Assembly (NCBI GenBank): GCA_025999335.1
Contig: AP024681.1
Span: 163,656 to 227,655 of the forward strand
DNA from: Candidatus Parcubacteria bacterium
Lineage (GTDB): Bacteria > Patescibacteriota > Minisyncoccia > UBA6257 > HR35
DNA length: 64,000 nucleotides
Reading direction: 5' to 3'
Of the stretch, positions 61,415 through 64,000 are shown piece after piece (positions within the stretch are counted from its first letter, which is position 1; the number at the start of each line of letters is the position of its first letter). The translations under genes were made by a program, and so were the position numbers. Below the pieces are notes generated by a model that was not told the DNA's origin, searched no databases, and was given only the letters and a program-made list of their open reading frames with translations.

Positions 61415-61942
61415 TTAAATTAAGCGATCGGCTATTTTACTAGCAGCGTAAGATTCTGGTTTAATTTTTACCTCCAAGCCGTAACCACGAATTAAATTAA
61501 TTATTTCTTTAACTACTGAAGAACTTTTACCGGTTGTACCTAAATCAAGGTGCAATTCAAAAGAAAAATTTATTCTTTTGTCAAGAGTCACAAATTTAAG
61601 TAAATCTTGGCTAATATTCAAACTTAATAAAGCTTCATGCCATAAACGTTCTCTTAAGCCAAAAATTTTACTTTCAACATGTCTTTTCCAAAAATATCTT
61701 GCTCCGTTACCAACACGATGAACAACAACAACGCTAACAAAATCAACTTGGTCTTCATTGTATTCTGAGTCCGTGCCTACTAAAATTTTATAATGAGCCT
61801 TTTTGTTTTCTAAAATAAATTTCTTTATTTCTTCAATAAGCTGGTCTCTATCTAAACGAAGATAATTGGCTGTCCTAAAACCATCAAGCATTGTTAAACA
61901 TATTTTATCATAAATTAATATTATATTTAATAAGACTGACAA
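61415..61942 (-). CDS. Hypothetical protein (possibly RNase H-like DUF458/YkuK family); true start likely the internal Met at about 61891
   Basis: ILVGTDSEY...HLDLGTTGKS pattern; family assignment from memory only. Confidence 0.3.
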   Translation of the reverse strand: MSVLLNIILIYDKICLTMLDGFRTANYLRLDRDQLIEEIKKFILENKKAHYKILVGTDSEYNEDQVDFVSVVVVHRVGNGARYFWKRHVESKIFGLRERLWHEALLSLNISQDLLKFVTLDKRINFSFELHLDLGTTGKSSSVVKEIINLIRGYGLEVKIKPESYAASKIADRLI

Positions 61943-62954
61943 TTATACCTAAAAGCCATAAATCAAAAATCAAATGCGAGCCTCCGTAACTTAAAAAAGC
62001 TACTGGCAAACCAACAATAGGAAATAAGCCGAAATTAACTAGAGAGGTAATTAGAAATTTAACAAAAAAATAATTTTTAGTAATAAAAATAAAATTACTA
62101 ATTTCTGGAAATTTAATATAGTTTTGATATTTCTCTAAAAAATTTATTAACATAAACATCAAAATTGAATAAATAATAAAAATCAATAAACCTCTTTCTT
62201 CAATTAAGGATGTCAAAATAAAATCAGTATGCGCTGAAGGCAAATAACCATTGCGACCAAGATTGCCAAATCCTACGCCTTTACCAAAAAAATCGGATAT
62301 GCTTAAAATTAATTTTATCTGCCGCATATTATAACCACTTCCCAAAGGATCATAATCATAATTAATAAAAGATATAAATCTTGCTTTCTGGTAATCCTTA
62401 AAAACGAAAAACCACATAATTAATAAAATCAACACACCAAGCAATAAACCGAAAATAATTTGCCGTTTAGACAAAAAAGTAATAAGAGTAAAAACCCAAA
62501 CCAAAAGATAGAGCATAATCATGCCAAAATCCGGCTGCAAAACAAGGAGAATAATAAAAGGCAACAAAGTCACAAAAGAAAAAATAACAAAAACAAAATT
62601 TTTTAGATTATTGTAGTAATAACTTATAAACTTCGCAAGCAATAAAAAAAACCCTAATTTAGCAAATTCAGATGGTTGCAAACGAAAATCACCGATGCTA
62701 AACCATGACTTAATATTACCCGAAGAAAATAAAACTAAAACAAGCAAAAATAAAGAAAAGCCAACTATTAACCATATATAGAAACGCTCAAAAATAAATC
62801 TGTAATTAATAAAATAAGAGCTAAAAAATAAAAAAAAACCTAACCACCAAAACAAGTATTGTTTCCAAAAAATATTTATCAAATTTAAAGAAATAAAAGC
62901 GGTTAGAGAAATTACCATAAAATTTAGTAAAATAAATATAAGCCTTAAAGTCAT
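61908..62954 (-). CDS. Second FtsW/RodA-type (SEDS-family) protein
   Basis: 10-TM topology; conserved SEDS-family motifs (GSGYNMRQ, PSAHTDFILTSLIEERG). Confidence 0.7.
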   Translation of the reverse strand: MTLRLIFILLNFMVISLTAFISLNLINIFWKQYLFWWLGFFLFFSSYFINYRFIFERFYIWLIVGFSLFLLVLVLFSSGNIKSWFSIGDFRLQPSEFAKLGFFLLLAKFISYYYNNLKNFVFVIFSFVTLLPFIILLVLQPDFGMIMLYLLVWVFTLITFLSKRQIIFGLLLGVLILLIMWFFVFKDYQKARFISFINYDYDPLGSGYNMRQIKLILSISDFFGKGVGFGNLGRNGYLPSAHTDFILTSLIEERGLLIFIIYSILMFMLINFLEKYQNYIKFPEISNFIFITKNYFFVKFLITSLVNFGLFPIVGLPVAFLSYGGSHLIFDLWLLGIIVSLIKYNINL

Positions 62955-63102
62955 GAATTTAAAAGAAAAAATAAAAGATAAATTTTATCAAAAATTATTC
63001 ATTATAATTATTTTATTAAATTTATTAAGTTTTGGGTTAGGTTTTATTATTGGTTCGCAAATGTTAATTCCTAACCCTATAATTATCAATGGAAACTGTT
63101 AA
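62953..63102 (+). CDS. Possible 49-aa small membrane protein
   Basis: ATG-to-TAA ORF with one hydrophobic helix (LFIIIILLNLLSFGLGFIIG); could be spurious. Confidence 0.2.
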   Translation: MNLKEKIKDKFYQKLFIIIILLNLLSFGLGFIIGSQMLIPNPIIINGNC

Positions 63103-63194
63103 AACTATTATAACTGTTATAGGCAAAACAACATTACTAATATTTTTACTGTTATTTTTATTTTATTATTGGTTAAATAAATTGATTAATAAAA

Positions 63195-64000
63195 TTATTC
63201 GAGGTTAACCTTTGCAAACAAAGGATTAATATTTTTATTTTTAAATTTACAATAAGGAATTTTTTCAAATTGAAAATTGTCTTTGTTAACTTGAACACTG
63301 ATTTTATCAAATCCAAACATTTTGGTAATTTTTTCTTCGGTTGTCGGCATTATCAAAGCTAAAGGTAACCTTAACGAATAAATCAATTGCAAAGCATTAA
63401 CAATAATCTTTAATGCTTTATGTCGTTCATTATGAATTAAATGCCAAGGAGCTTTTTGAGTAAGATAATTATTGGCAAAATCTATATAATCAATAAGATT
63501 CTTATAATAATTTAAAAACTTACAATGCTCTAAATTAAAATCCATAGAAGCATAGAATCGCTTGATATTTTTTATAATCTCGTTTTCGATATCATTATTG
63601 GTAAAAGAATTATCAAAATTTTTAAGATAAAAAACAGCGACGCGGTGAATAAAATTGCTAATTTTATTAACTAATTCAGTATTAATAACTTTTTCTAAAT
63701 TCTCCCATTGAAAATTGGTATCTTTGTTTTCTGGCATAATCGCAGTTATATAAAATCGTATTAAATCTGGATCAAATCTTTTTGCTAAAGATAAAGCATC
63801 AATCATTACTCCACGACTCTTAGAAAATTTTTGTTCGTTAAAAAGCAAAAAATTATTAACCGCTGGGAAAAATGGTAAGTTGTAATTTTCGCGTTGACCT
63901 AATAATTCTGCGGGCCATAAAATAGTATGAAAAATTAAATTATCCTTGCCCATAAAATAATAATGTTGCCAATCTTTATTAAACCATATTTCTTGCCAAT
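63195..64000 (-). CDS. metG: Methionine--tRNA ligase, C-terminal part (N-terminus beyond window end)
   Basis: GKDNLIFHTILWPAELL and KFSKSRG (KMSKS-type) motifs plus anticodon-binding domain; reading frame stays open to the window edge. Confidence 0.75.
   Translation of the reverse strand, partial: WQEIWFNKDWQHYYFMGKDNLIFHTILWPAELLGQRENYNLPFFPAVNNFLLFNEQKFSKSRGVMIDALSLAKRFDPDLIRFYITAIMPENKDTNFQWENLEKVINTELVNKISNFIHRVAVFYLKNFDNSFTNNDIENEIIKNIKRFYASMDFNLEHCKFLNYYKNLIDYIDFANNYLTQKAPWHLIHNERHKALKIIVNALQLIYSLRLPLALIMPTTEEKITKMFGFDKISVQVNKDNFQFEKIPYCKFKNKNINPLFAKVNLE

Overview
The window is AT-rich (about 30% GC) and densely packed with short genes on both strands. It is almost entirely bacterial core machinery, with no recognisable phage, IS or CRISPR content. 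The overall style suggests a reduced-genome bacterium of the Candidate Phyla Radiation (Patescibacteria) type; this is inference, not a database result. Evidence for that style: short proteins, several domain-truncated essential proteins, type IV pilus genes, and a 16S rRNA that diverges at universal primer sites.

What is here:
- A 16S rRNA gene on the minus strand with no 23S or spacer tRNAs after it.
- Ten tRNA genes: Ile-GAT, Asp-GTC, Leu-CAA, Phe-GAA, Thr-TGT, Gln-CTG, Val-CAC, Leu-TAA, Cys-GCA, plus neighbouring Leu-associated elements.
- Twelve ribosomal protein genes: L21, S9, L13, S16, L17, S4, S11, S13, L36, L31, S2, and the alpha operon with rpoA.
- Several aminoacyl-tRNA synthetases: AlaRS (catalytic fragment only), LysRS, SerRS, MetRS (partial), plus GatA.
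- gyrB, secA, clpP and nusA (partial).
- Cell-wall and rod-shape genes: murG, ftsW, a second FtsW/RodA-type (SEDS-family) membrane protein, PBP2, mreBCD, and a second MreB paralog.
- A type IV pilus module: pilB, pilC, and two pilin-like genes.
- Redox genes: sodA, trxB, a glutaredoxin-like protein, and a DsbA-like protein.
- An archease gene overlapping serS in an ATGA junction.

The most notable observations:
1. The 16S 3' tail lacks the canonical CCUCC anti-Shine-Dalgarno, and the start codons inspected have no SD-like motifs upstream.
2. A conserved, partly tRNA-like structured element with a perfect palindrome lies immediately 5' of both tRNA-Leu genes, which are 30 kb apart. It is tandemly duplicated at the second locus, and its closing stem shows a compensatory base-pair change between copies.
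3. Several essential proteins appear domain-truncated: RF1 without domain 1, RpoA without the alpha-CTD, AlaRS without editing and C-Ala domains, and a PriA-like protein without recognisable helicase motifs.
4. An intergenic stretch with mutually exclusive hairpins sits next to an unannotated 55-aa zinc-ribbon ORF.

Translations show standard code 11 (TGA is used as a stop).
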